Source: an uncultured Bacteroidota bacterium
Lineage (GTDB): Bacteria; Bacteroidota; Bacteroidia; Bacteroidales; P3
Assembly (NCBI GenBank): GCA_902771735.1
Contig: CACXXO010000010.1
Span: 4,056-68,055, forward strand
DNA: 64,000 bases
Direction of reading: 5' to 3'
Both the position numbers and the translations under genes were made by a program. Positions 26,574 through 34,714 of the stretch are shown here, piece by piece. Position 1 is the first letter of the stretch; each line of letters begins with the position of its first letter. Below the pieces are notes generated by a model. That model saw only the letters and a list, made by a program, of their open reading frames with translations. It was not told the DNA's origin and ran no database searches.

Positions 26574-28069
26574 GAGCTGTAGTCCATAGAAAAATCTACC
26601 TTGTGCTTCTGACCCTTCTGGGCGGTTGCATGGTGACCTCCATTGGCATGTCCAATGTCGTGTGGCCGCTGCTTTTCGCCAACTGGGTTTTTGAAGGCCG
26701 TTGGCGCGAGAAGTGGCAGATGGCGCGCACGAGTCGCCTGCTGCAAGCCGTGGTGGTGTTCTTCCTGTTGCATGCGGTAGGACTGCTTTGGACGTCGAAT
26801 ATGGAAGTGGGACTTCATGTCATGGAGCGCCTGTTGCCGTGGCTGGCGGTACCCTTGGTGGTGCTCACCACCCCTCCTCCCGAGGGGCGCGCCCGCAGCA
26901 CCATCCTCGGCCTTTATGTAGGCACGGTCTTCGTGGTCACCGTCATCGGTCTTGTGCGCTGGCTCACCATCCCCGACCTGCCCTACCGCGACATCGTCCC
27001 CTTCATCTCCCACATCCGTTTTTCCCTCAATGTCTGCTTGGTACTGCTCATTGTTGGGAGATGGACAATGGAGCGTCGGCATCTTGTCGGCATCTTGCCC
27101 ATGCTTTGGTTCATCGCTTTCCTGCTCCTGCTCCGCTCCTACACCGCCTTCGCCGTCCTCTTGGTGGCTTCGCTGGTGGTGGTACTCCATTTGCGCCGTC
27201 GCTGGCTTTGGCTGTCGGTGTGGATAGCCGTGGTGGGATGTATGTCCGCCTATGTCATGTATGAATACCACGCCTACCACCGTCTCACGCCCCATGCTAC
27301 CCAACCCCTCCCTGCTGTCACTGCCAATGGACGCCCCTACCAACACCGGAACGACGGCCTTGTGGAGAACGGTAACTACCTCAACAACTACCTCTGCCAC
27401 GACGAGATGGCCATTGCATGGCCGTTGCGAAGCCATGTCCCATTCGACAGTATTCTTTTCTCGGGCTATACCCTCGAGCCTACGTTGGTGCGCTATCTTA
27501 ACGCTCTTTCGCTAACCAAAGACAGCGCCGGCATCATGGCCCTCACCGACGGGCAGGTGCGCGAAGTGGAACGTGGCATCGCCAATCCGGTCTACTCCCA
27601 CGGCTCGCTCCCGAAGAAGATGCTCTATGTCATCTTCTTCGAGTACGAGAGCTACCGCTGCTACCGTGCCGTCGAGGGCTTCTCCATGCTCCAGCGCTTC
27701 GAATTGTGGACCGCCGCCTCACACATCATTGCCCGCCACCCCTGGGCAGGTGTGGGCACCGGCGACCTTGGCGACGCCATGGAGGCCGACTTCCGGGCCA
27801 CCGACTCGCCCTTGCAGGGCACCAGCCTCATGCCTCACAACGAGTATCTTACCCTTATGGCCATGCTCGGCATCCCCGCTTTCCTCCTGATAGCCTTCTT
27901 CTTCCTTCGCGCCGCCTCGCGGCTGCGTCGCCAGGGCTTGCTCATGATGGCCTGGGTGGTGGCCATCCTCGTCTCCTGCATCACCGAGAACACCCTCGAT
28001 TCCCTCGCCGGAATCCTCTTCTGCACATGGTTCATGGCCTTCCGCCGAAGTGATTTTCTAACTGACTGA
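26570..28069 (+). CDS. O-antigen ligase (Wzy_C) family membrane protein
   Basis: About 10-12 TM helices. Contains GVGTGD...PHNEYLTLMAMLGIPAFL. The GTG start overlaps the S41 stop. Confidence 0.65.
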   Translation: MRAVVHRKIYLVLLTLLGGCMVTSIGMSNVVWPLLFANWVFEGRWREKWQMARTSRLLQAVVVFFLLHAVGLLWTSNMEVGLHVMERLLPWLAVPLVVLTTPPPEGRARSTILGLYVGTVFVVTVIGLVRWLTIPDLPYRDIVPFISHIRFSLNVCLVLLIVGRWTMERRHLVGILPMLWFIAFLLLLRSYTAFAVLLVASLVVVLHLRRRWLWLSVWIAVVGCMSAYVMYEYHAYHRLTPHATQPLPAVTANGRPYQHRNDGLVENGNYLNNYLCHDEMAIAWPLRSHVPFDSILFSGYTLEPTLVRYLNALSLTKDSAGIMALTDGQVREVERGIANPVYSHGSLPKKMLYVIFFEYESYRCYRAVEGFSMLQRFELWTAASHIIARHPWAGVGTGDLGDAMEADFRATDSPLQGTSLMPHNEYLTLMAMLGIPAFLLIAFFFLRAASRLRRQGLLMMAWVVAILVSCITENTLDSLAGILFCTWFMAFRRSDFLTD

Positions 28070-28205
28070 TACATAACGCCATCTTCCTACCAACTCCTAA
28101 CCAACTCCTAACCAACTCCTACCACGGTAGGAGTTGATAGGGTGTTGGTCGGTAGTTGGATGGGTTATGGGCATAGGTTATGTTAAACTTTGTTAAAAAT
28201 CACCT
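28050..28205. repeat. 11-nt periodic imperfect palindrome R3
   Basis: Stem caactcctac (28113-28122), loop cacg, gtaggagttg (28127-28136). Left-arm units are CCAACTCCTAA x3 and right-arm units are degenerate complements (tagggtgttgg, tcggtagttgg, atgggttatgg). Pairing continues to about 28072/28182. The flanks gtgattttctaac and gttaaaaatcac are inverted copies. Confidence 0.85.
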
Positions 28206-28260
28206 CCTCCAATATACTTTCAGGCCTTTTTTTGCTTATATATATTGTAAGCGCATTTTT

Positions 28261-28755
28261 ATGGACGGCACGAACGAAAAATGCAGGGAGCTTAATAAGC
28301 TCATGGAACGGCACGGGAAATTTGTCGAATTCTTGTGTCGCTGGGAGTCCTATGGCCGTGGGCAGTGGTGTGCCGACCTCATGCAGGAGTGCTTCCTGGA
28401 GCTGATGAGGCGGCTGCCGGAGCGGGATGCCCGATGGGGCGAGGCACACGAGAAGGCCTGGGTTTACTGGCGTTGCCGTGCCGTCTTCGTTGCCTATCGG
28501 CGCAAGCAGAAAAGGATGGGCGTTGTGCCGATATCTTCCGAGCTGGAGGAGGCCCTGACGGCCTCCAGCGAGGTGACGCGCCTCACCGTCGACGACCTGG
28601 CAGCCTGCCTCGACGGCCCGGAACGCCAATGCTTCCTCCTCATGGCCGAAGGCCTCCCCGACGAGGAGATTGAACGACGGCTGGGGCTGAAGCACCGCAC
28701 CCTGATCCAGATGAGACACAATATTAAAAAGAAGTTGCAGCAATGCTGTTGCTGA
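28261..28755 (+). CDS. divergent ECF-like sigma-70 family factor
   Basis: 164 aa. The region-4-like HTH is ERQCFLLMAEGLPDEEIERRLGLKHRTLIQMRHNIKKKL. The region-2-like segment is weak. Confidence 0.55.
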   Translation: MDGTNEKCRELNKLMERHGKFVEFLCRWESYGRGQWCADLMQECFLELMRRLPERDARWGEAHEKAWVYWRCRAVFVAYRRKQKRMGVVPISSELEEALTASSEVTRLTVDDLAACLDGPERQCFLLMAEGLPDEEIERRLGLKHRTLIQMRHNIKKKLQQCCC

Positions 28756-29070
28756 ATGTCTACCCAAAATATCACAATAATAATGAATAATACAATGAAG
28801 ATGCAAGGGAAAAACCGATTGACCGACGAGGAGGTGGCTTATGCCGTCGACCTTAGCGCGGCCCATGCCGAGGGGCTTGCGCGGCGGTGCCGTCGCCATC
28901 GCCGCTGGGCGGCGGCGAGGAGGGTGGCCTTTGTGGCGCTGCTGCTGGCGGTGAGTGGCGTTGCCGTCGACAGTCTCTCGGCGGCCTTCGCCCTCCAGCC
29001 CTCGGCGAAGGGGGCACTGCCGACAGACGCCGCCATGGAGTGTGTTTGCCAAATGCTGGTTAACCTATGA
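28756..29070 (+). CDS. small single-pass membrane protein, anti-sigma-like by position
   Basis: It abuts the sigma gene stop. It has an RR-rich segment followed by the TM helix VAFVALLLAVSGVAV. This layout matches ORF 51582-52046. Confidence 0.35.
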   Translation: MSTQNITIIMNNTMKMQGKNRLTDEEVAYAVDLSAAHAEGLARRCRRHRRWAAARRVAFVALLLAVSGVAVDSLSAAFALQPSAKGALPTDAAMECVCQMLVNL

Positions 29071-29579
29071 TGCCGAAGCAGATAAAGCGGTTCTGGCTGT
29101 CGAGTGTGACGCTTGTGGCTGTGGCCGTTGTGGCCGTCGCCGCCCAGAGGCTGTGGCCTGCCATGACGGCGACCAGCGCCGAATATGAGGCCTATGCCGA
29201 CGTGCCGGGCATCGACGCCACCTTCCTTCGCGACTTCCCCCTCAACGACACCACCACTGTCGACGTGACTATCCTCGAGGCCAAGAACGACTCGGCCTGG
29301 GCGTTGCTGCAGAAGGATTTCAATATTGTCCCCACACCGCCGGAAGTGCTGGCAATTCTCGGTGTGGATTCTAATATAACCACCTTTTGGCGTGCATCCG
29401 AGATTGACTACTCTTTGGTGAAAGACGGAAGAGAAAGCAACTATCTGCTATTTGTTGAACAAGAATTAAGACGTAAATTATCCATATTTCAAATTGAAGA
29501 TGAAAAGCAAAATAAATTGATACATTTTAACCAACTATCAAAAATTAAAAACAAACGAAAAGATAAAAAAAAATTTTAA
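29067..29579 (+). CDS. membrane-anchored/exported DUF protein (DUF4252-like), paralog of 52043-52516
   Basis: YADVPGIDATFLRDFPLNDTTTVDVTILEAKNDSAWALLQKDF aligns with YASQPGVKVASVSNFAIDSATRVDVTVIEAEDDEGWNWMKREF from the second cassette. The DUF4252 assignment is from memory only. Confidence 0.45.
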   Translation: MMPKQIKRFWLSSVTLVAVAVVAVAAQRLWPAMTATSAEYEAYADVPGIDATFLRDFPLNDTTTVDVTILEAKNDSAWALLQKDFNIVPTPPEVLAILGVDSNITTFWRASEIDYSLVKDGRESNYLLFVEQELRRKLSIFQIEDEKQNKLIHFNQLSKIKNKRKDKKKF

Positions 29580-29583
29580 AGTT

Positions 29584-29979
29584 TTGGCACTTTTCGCAGT
29601 GCTGAGTACTTTGGCGGTAGGATGCCAGAAAGACAATGTTTCTGACTTTGTACAAGGAACATCAATTTCGGAATCGAGCACCGTGTACACGGTGCTGTAC
29701 TCCGTTAACGGAGTACAGCATAAAATAACGCTATACAGCGAGGCTGAACATCAGGCTTTTATCCGTGAGTTGCTGGCTTTGGCCAAACAAGGTTACACGG
29801 TTATATTCTACGATGAAAACAGTGTATCGCAAACGGCCACGAAAGAGGTTGTGACATATTCTACGAGCAGTGAAGCAGAGGCTGTGGCTTGGATGGTAAA
29901 GATGGAGAAGGATGGCTACTATGTGTCTGTTACGTTTGACGATAAAACAAACACGTTCAATTGTATCGCCTGGCGTTAG
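29584..29979 (+). CDS. putative lipoprotein with a non-ATG or uncertain start
   Basis: Lipobox LAVGC. The frame is open back to 29521 and encodes a K-rich n-region, but it has no ATG. The ORF track uses TTG at 29584. Confidence 0.4.
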   Translation: MALFAVLSTLAVGCQKDNVSDFVQGTSISESSTVYTVLYSVNGVQHKITLYSEAEHQAFIRELLALAKQGYTVIFYDENSVSQTATKEVVTYSTSSEAEAVAWMVKMEKDGYYVSVTFDDKTNTFNCIAWR

Positions 29980-29991
29980 GATGAAAATGCT

Positions 29992-30011
29992 GTAAGCAAA
30001 CGTTTGTTTAC
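29992..30011 (+). terminator. near-perfect palindrome, candidate terminator or operator
   Basis: gtaagcaa acgt ttgtttac forms 8 bp including one G-U, 13 nt after the stop of ORF 29584-29979. There is no T tract. Confidence 0.3.
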
Positions 30012-30276
30012 ATACAAAAAAGAAAGGAATGCTATTCATCCGAAGAAGCCCTGCCAGAAGCAAGAGTGCCGGATTTGGCGGGGCGTAGAAAAAAAAGAGC
30101 CTGAAGCAGGGAAGGGTACAGATGGATCCCAAACTATTTGCCACCCTCCCTGCCGTCCGAGGTTCGCAAACGGCACGGAACCTTTGCCATGCCGCTACAA
30201 TAACGGCGGCGCAAAGGAATAATATTGTAACAAAACAAAATAATAATTAATTAATAACGTTAAAATACATAAAATA

Positions 30277-31065
30277 ATGAATAAAGTCTCAACAAGAATC
30301 CTTGCGTTGGCAGTGGCCTTCATGGCCATGCCCTTTTGCACCGTGGCGCAACACAACGGTGTGAATACCAATGCCCCGAATGCCACATGGCATATACACT
30401 CCACGGAGGAGGTGATAGACGTGTTTGTTCCGCAGCCGCCCCGGACCGACAGCACGGGGACGCGTGATTTCGACCCGCCGACCCCTCCCGATCCCAATGA
30501 GCACCACTATCAGGCCACGCTGCTGATAACCAACAGCAACACGGGAACGGACACTACCGACGGCCTGCTGGTGAGACAACTGGACGGGGATGTGACCATT
30601 AGCCAGCAGGAGTCGGGGCTGCTGCGTTTACAGAACCATGATGCAAGGCTTGTGATGAACACCTACGGCATGGGCGTGGGGAGTAACTACAGTGGATATA
30701 AATTCAACGTTGAGGGCAAAGCCCGTTTTTCGACGGAAGTGAAAATGTTAGGGACCCTCACCATAGGCAGCGGGTTTTCGTGCGATACGACTGGGAACAT
30801 GAAGGTGAAGCACCTGAAGGTGACGCTCACCGACTGGCCTGATTATGTCTTCGGTGGCGACTACCGGCCGATGCCGCTGAACGAGTTGGAGGCTTACCTC
30901 AATGAGAACAGTCACCTGCCGGGTGTCCCCTCGGCCGAGACGGTGGAGAAGGAGGGTGCCGACCTAGGCGAGATGAACAGGGTTCTGATAGAGAAGATAG
31001 AGGAACTGACCCTCTACATCATCGACCTCCAGAAGCAGATAGACGAACTGAAGTCAAAAAAATGA
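30277..31065 (+). CDS. secreted protein with a conserved Bacteroidetes tail-fibre-like C-terminal coiled-coil module
   Basis: Signal peptide present. The C-terminus WPDYVFGGDYRPMPLNELEAYLNENSHLPGVPSAETVEKEGADLGEMNRVLIEKIEELTLYIIDLQKQIDELK is a module I recognise from many Bacteroidetes hypothetical/tail-fibre-like proteins. Confidence 0.5.
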   Translation: MNKVSTRILALAVAFMAMPFCTVAQHNGVNTNAPNATWHIHSTEEVIDVFVPQPPRTDSTGTRDFDPPTPPDPNEHHYQATLLITNSNTGTDTTDGLLVRQLDGDVTISQQESGLLRLQNHDARLVMNTYGMGVGSNYSGYKFNVEGKARFSTEVKMLGTLTIGSGFSCDTTGNMKVKHLKVTLTDWPDYVFGGDYRPMPLNELEAYLNENSHLPGVPSAETVEKEGADLGEMNRVLIEKIEELTLYIIDLQKQIDELKSKK

Positions 31066-31610
31066 ATGAAATTTTTATGAAAAGTAAAACAATAACCTTT
31101 TTGCTCCTTGCGGCCACCAGTTTGACCATGTCAGGGTGCGCAGAAGAAGTATGTAAGTTATATGCTCCGGCAGATAAGGAAATTTCATGGACCGACTATA
31201 ATACTGTCACCGAGGTAAATGATTATTTCGAGTGCTATCAGGAAACATATCGGATGCACATTGGAGATACAATGAAGGTGATGGGTTACCTCATTCCTGG
31301 AACGTGGGGAGTAAGCGTCCCATTCAATTATGATTCCCAAATAACAGCAGACGGCGAAGTCATATCCTTGTCTTTGGGAGACTATGTTGATGTTCCCCAT
31401 AACGAGCAGGGCCTTGTGATCCTTTCTGGATACCTTGGAGAGTACGGTCCTAATGATGTTGAGATATTTTCAAAGTTTCGGGATTATCAATGGGGGCAGA
31501 AAGTGTATGCAACGGTGATTATAGTAAGTAGGTCTGTAGATCCCAATTATTGCTGTGACTATTTGGTATGTAAACCTATCGAAGCTGAAATCGTGGAGGA
31601 AATGAAATGA
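31062..31610 (+). CDS. lipoprotein of unknown function, translationally coupled to the C10 protease gene
   Basis: Lipobox LTMSGC. ATGA-type overlaps occur at both ends (31062-31065 and 31607-31610). Confidence 0.5.
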   Translation: MNEIFMKSKTITFLLLAATSLTMSGCAEEVCKLYAPADKEISWTDYNTVTEVNDYFECYQETYRMHIGDTMKVMGYLIPGTWGVSVPFNYDSQITADGEVISLSLGDYVDVPHNEQGLVILSGYLGEYGPNDVEIFSKFRDYQWGQKVYATVIIVSRSVDPNYCCDYLVCKPIEAEIVEEMK

Positions 31611-33364
31611 AAACCTTTAGAATAATGTTATTATTTATGGCAATGCCCTTCCTGAACATTGCTCAACCCAAGCAAATTACGCCGAACGAGGCCAGTGCCG
31701 CCGCCATTACATGGATTGAAGACAGATTTAATGCTAATAATGTACAAGTGTTGAATGTCTATTCCGACACAGGACAATATGGTATTCTTTTATATGAAGT
31801 GGAAACTTCATTAAAGAAAACGGTGTTATTGTCTGGCAGCAGAGCCTGTTTGCCAATATTGGGCATTTATCAGGAATCTCACCTAAACAACACCAATCTT
31901 CCTTGTGGCCTGCAGTTTATGCTTGATTATTATAGAGAAAGGATTGACAGTAGTTTCGCAGATAATCATGTTGGGTTGTTTTATGCGAATGAATGGAGTG
32001 ACTTAATAAGAGGGATTGTTCCTCCGACACCCAAAGGGACCCCGATAGCCCCTCTTACAACAAGTAACTGGAAACAAAAAGGTGCAAATAACAATGATAA
32101 TGTTGATGCATATAATGTCCAGATTCAAAGTGGGAATGGCTGTCTGCATTGCAGGACAGGATGTGTAGCAGTGGCGATGGGACAGGTGCTGTATTATTGG
32201 CAGCATCCAGTACTAGATTATTCTTTATTACAGCAATACGATTGGTGCAATATGACGGACCGACTACTTACTACCAGTTCCACATATGAAAAGAACCGCG
32301 ATGCGATAGCATATTTGCTAGAAAGGTGTGGACATTATGCAGATATGGATTATGGGTGTTGGAGTTCTAGCGCTAATTTGTCAGATGCTGCGGATGCATT
32401 GAAAGACCATTTTGGATTTCATAATCATACGGATTGCAAAAGCAGATTCTGGCATTACGAAAGTTGGTGGAAAGAACATGTTATCTATGATTTAAGTGTT
32501 GGAAGACCGGTAATTTATGCTGGAAACCGAAAGACGTTCAGTGGGGGGCATGCTTTTATTTGTGACGGTTACGATGGAGGAAATCTATTTCATTTTAATT
32601 GGGGATGGGATGATGACTTCAATAATCCTAATCATTTTTACACATTGAATAACCCTTGTCCCAAACCAGACACAAATTATAAATATTGGCAGGAGGCCAT
32701 TTTTTATGCCCGTCCTAATTACGACGAGAATATATGTGACATTGATTTGACACTAGATGATTACTACACGAATAATCCTTACGTCTTGTTCAACCAGTAT
32801 TATAACGCTCCACTGCCGATGCTATTATTTGAGATGGTTCCACATACCATGACCACATTGACCAGTGCTTCCGCCACTTCCGATGCTTCGTGGAGAACCA
32901 TTCCCACTGGAGCCTCTGCGGTCTATCAGGCACATAATGAGATTATACTCCAAAACGGTTTCGAGGCTCAACTTGGATGTGAGTTTGAGGCAAGGATAGA
33001 ACCTTGTAAGAAATGCGGGGGTCAACGAAGGGACGGTCTGGTTGGGGACGACAAATCTGACTGTGATAATGACAATGATGGATTATTTGACAATGCTGAT
33101 TATGCAGTGGGCTCGTTCGAGAAGACTGTCACCAACGACCTCTTCCCCAACCCCACTGACGGGCCACTGACCATGGCTACCGAAGGCATGGCAGAAGCGG
33201 TGTTTGTCCACGACATGACGGGACACCCTGTGGGCAGCTGGCACCTCGAAGCCTTGACGGAAGACCTCGTTACCCTCAATGTCTCTTCCTTGCACGCAGG
33301 ACCCTATCTGCTCACCGTGGTTACACCCTCTGGTGCTTGTACTGCTCGCTTCATCCGCCGGTGA
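31607..33364 (+). CDS. C10 family cysteine peptidase (streptopain/interpain-like) with T9SS type A C-terminal sorting domain
   Basis: Signal peptide, followed by an Spi-like propeptide region. Catalytic Cys context RTGCVAVAMGQVLYYW and His context GGHAFICDGYDGGNLFHFNWGWDD. The C-terminus DLFPNPTDGPLTM...GPYLLTVVTPSGACTARFIRR resembles a Por/T9SS CTD. Confidence 0.82.
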   Translation: MKTFRIMLLFMAMPFLNIAQPKQITPNEASAAAITWIEDRFNANNVQVLNVYSDTGQYGILLYEVETSLKKTVLLSGSRACLPILGIYQESHLNNTNLPCGLQFMLDYYRERIDSSFADNHVGLFYANEWSDLIRGIVPPTPKGTPIAPLTTSNWKQKGANNNDNVDAYNVQIQSGNGCLHCRTGCVAVAMGQVLYYWQHPVLDYSLLQQYDWCNMTDRLLTTSSTYEKNRDAIAYLLERCGHYADMDYGCWSSSANLSDAADALKDHFGFHNHTDCKSRFWHYESWWKEHVIYDLSVGRPVIYAGNRKTFSGGHAFICDGYDGGNLFHFNWGWDDDFNNPNHFYTLNNPCPKPDTNYKYWQEAIFYARPNYDENICDIDLTLDDYYTNNPYVLFNQYYNAPLPMLLFEMVPHTMTTLTSASATSDASWRTIPTGASAVYQAHNEIILQNGFEAQLGCEFEARIEPCKKCGGQRRDGLVGDDKSDCDNDNDGLFDNADYAVGSFEKTVTNDLFPNPTDGPLTMATEGMAEAVFVHDMTGHPVGSWHLEALTEDLVTLNVSSLHAGPYLLTVVTPSGACTARFIRR

Positions 33365-33460
33365 CAAAGAAGCTGATTGTGCAGTGAGGAGTTTTTGGGG
33401 GCTGGGGCAATAATTCGGCAGTTTTTGTGTTATTAGGGATAAATAATGTAATAATACAAC

Positions 33461-34684
33461 GTGTACGAATACCACACTTTGCCTAACGGCATCAAGATAA
33501 TACTGAGCCATACGCCGTCGAGGGTGACCTACAGCGGCGTGTATATCAACGTGGGGAGCCGCGACGAAGCGGGTACCGACGAGGGTATGGCGCATTTTAT
33601 AGAGCACTCGCTCTTCAAAGGTACCGAGCATCGCAAGGCCTACCACATACTGAACCGCATCGACGGCGTGGGCGGCGAACTCAACGCCTTCACCACCAAG
33701 GAGGAGACCTGCGTCTATGCCTCGTCGCTGAGCGAGCATCTGGAACGTTGCCTGGAACTGTTTGCCGATATTCTGTTCCGCAGCACGTTTCCGTTGAATG
33801 AAATTGAGAGGGAAAAAGATGTTGTGCTGGAAGAAATCAACAGCTACAACGACAGCCCGTCGGAACTCATCTACGACCAGTATGAGGAACTGGCCTACGA
33901 GGGCCATCCGCTGGCGCACAATATTCTGGGCACCAAGCGCAATGTGAAGAAGTTCACTCCCGAACGGTTGCGCCGCCACATGGAGCGGAACTACACGCCG
34001 GAGCGTATGGTTGTCACCGTGAGCGGCAACGTGAAGATGGAGCGACTGGTGAGGCTGTGTGAGAAGCATTTCGGTGGATTCCAGAACACTCCGAGCATTC
34101 AGAATACTCGGAACGGCAAGCCGGAGTTCCACATTTTCGACCGCCATATCAACCGCCACACGCACCAGGCGCACCTTCTTATAGGTTGCGAGGCTCCCGA
34201 CATCTACCATGGCGACAAAACGGCTTTCACCCTGCTGAACAACATCCTCGGCGGCCCGGCGATGAACTCGCGCCTCAACGTGTCTATCCGCGAGCGCTAC
34301 GGCTTCTGCTACAATGTCGAGTCTCAGTATGTGCCGTTCTCCGACACGGGACTCTTCTATATCTATGCCGGCGTGGACCTCGACGCCGAGGAGAAGGCGC
34401 GCCACTTGATTACCGACGAGCTGCTGCGCATGGCCGAGACTCCGCTGACGGAGCGCCAGCTGCGGTCGGCACAGAGACAGATGATAGGCCAGATGGCCAT
34501 CAACGACGACTTCGGCATGAACGAGATGCAAAGCATCGGCAAGGCCTACCTGTGCTACGAACACGTGAACACGCTGGAGGAGATGGCTGCCGACCTCCTG
34601 TCTGTCACTCCTGCCGACCTGATGCGTGTGGCACAGGAACGATTCCATCCCGACCGCTTCAGCACTTTGGTATACGGTAACTAA
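33461..34684 (+). CDS. M16 (pitrilysin/insulinase) family zinc peptidase
   Basis: Inverted zinc motif HFIEH with downstream E (GMAHFIEHSLFKGT...LNAFTTKEET). GTG start. Confidence 0.82.
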   Translation: MYEYHTLPNGIKIILSHTPSRVTYSGVYINVGSRDEAGTDEGMAHFIEHSLFKGTEHRKAYHILNRIDGVGGELNAFTTKEETCVYASSLSEHLERCLELFADILFRSTFPLNEIEREKDVVLEEINSYNDSPSELIYDQYEELAYEGHPLAHNILGTKRNVKKFTPERLRRHMERNYTPERMVVTVSGNVKMERLVRLCEKHFGGFQNTPSIQNTRNGKPEFHIFDRHINRHTHQAHLLIGCEAPDIYHGDKTAFTLLNNILGGPAMNSRLNVSIRERYGFCYNVESQYVPFSDTGLFYIYAGVDLDAEEKARHLITDELLRMAETPLTERQLRSAQRQMIGQMAINDDFGMNEMQSIGKAYLCYEHVNTLEEMAADLLSVTPADLMRVAQERFHPDRFSTLVYGN

Positions 34685-34714
34685 CGCAACAACACATTAG
34701 CACATTAACGCATT

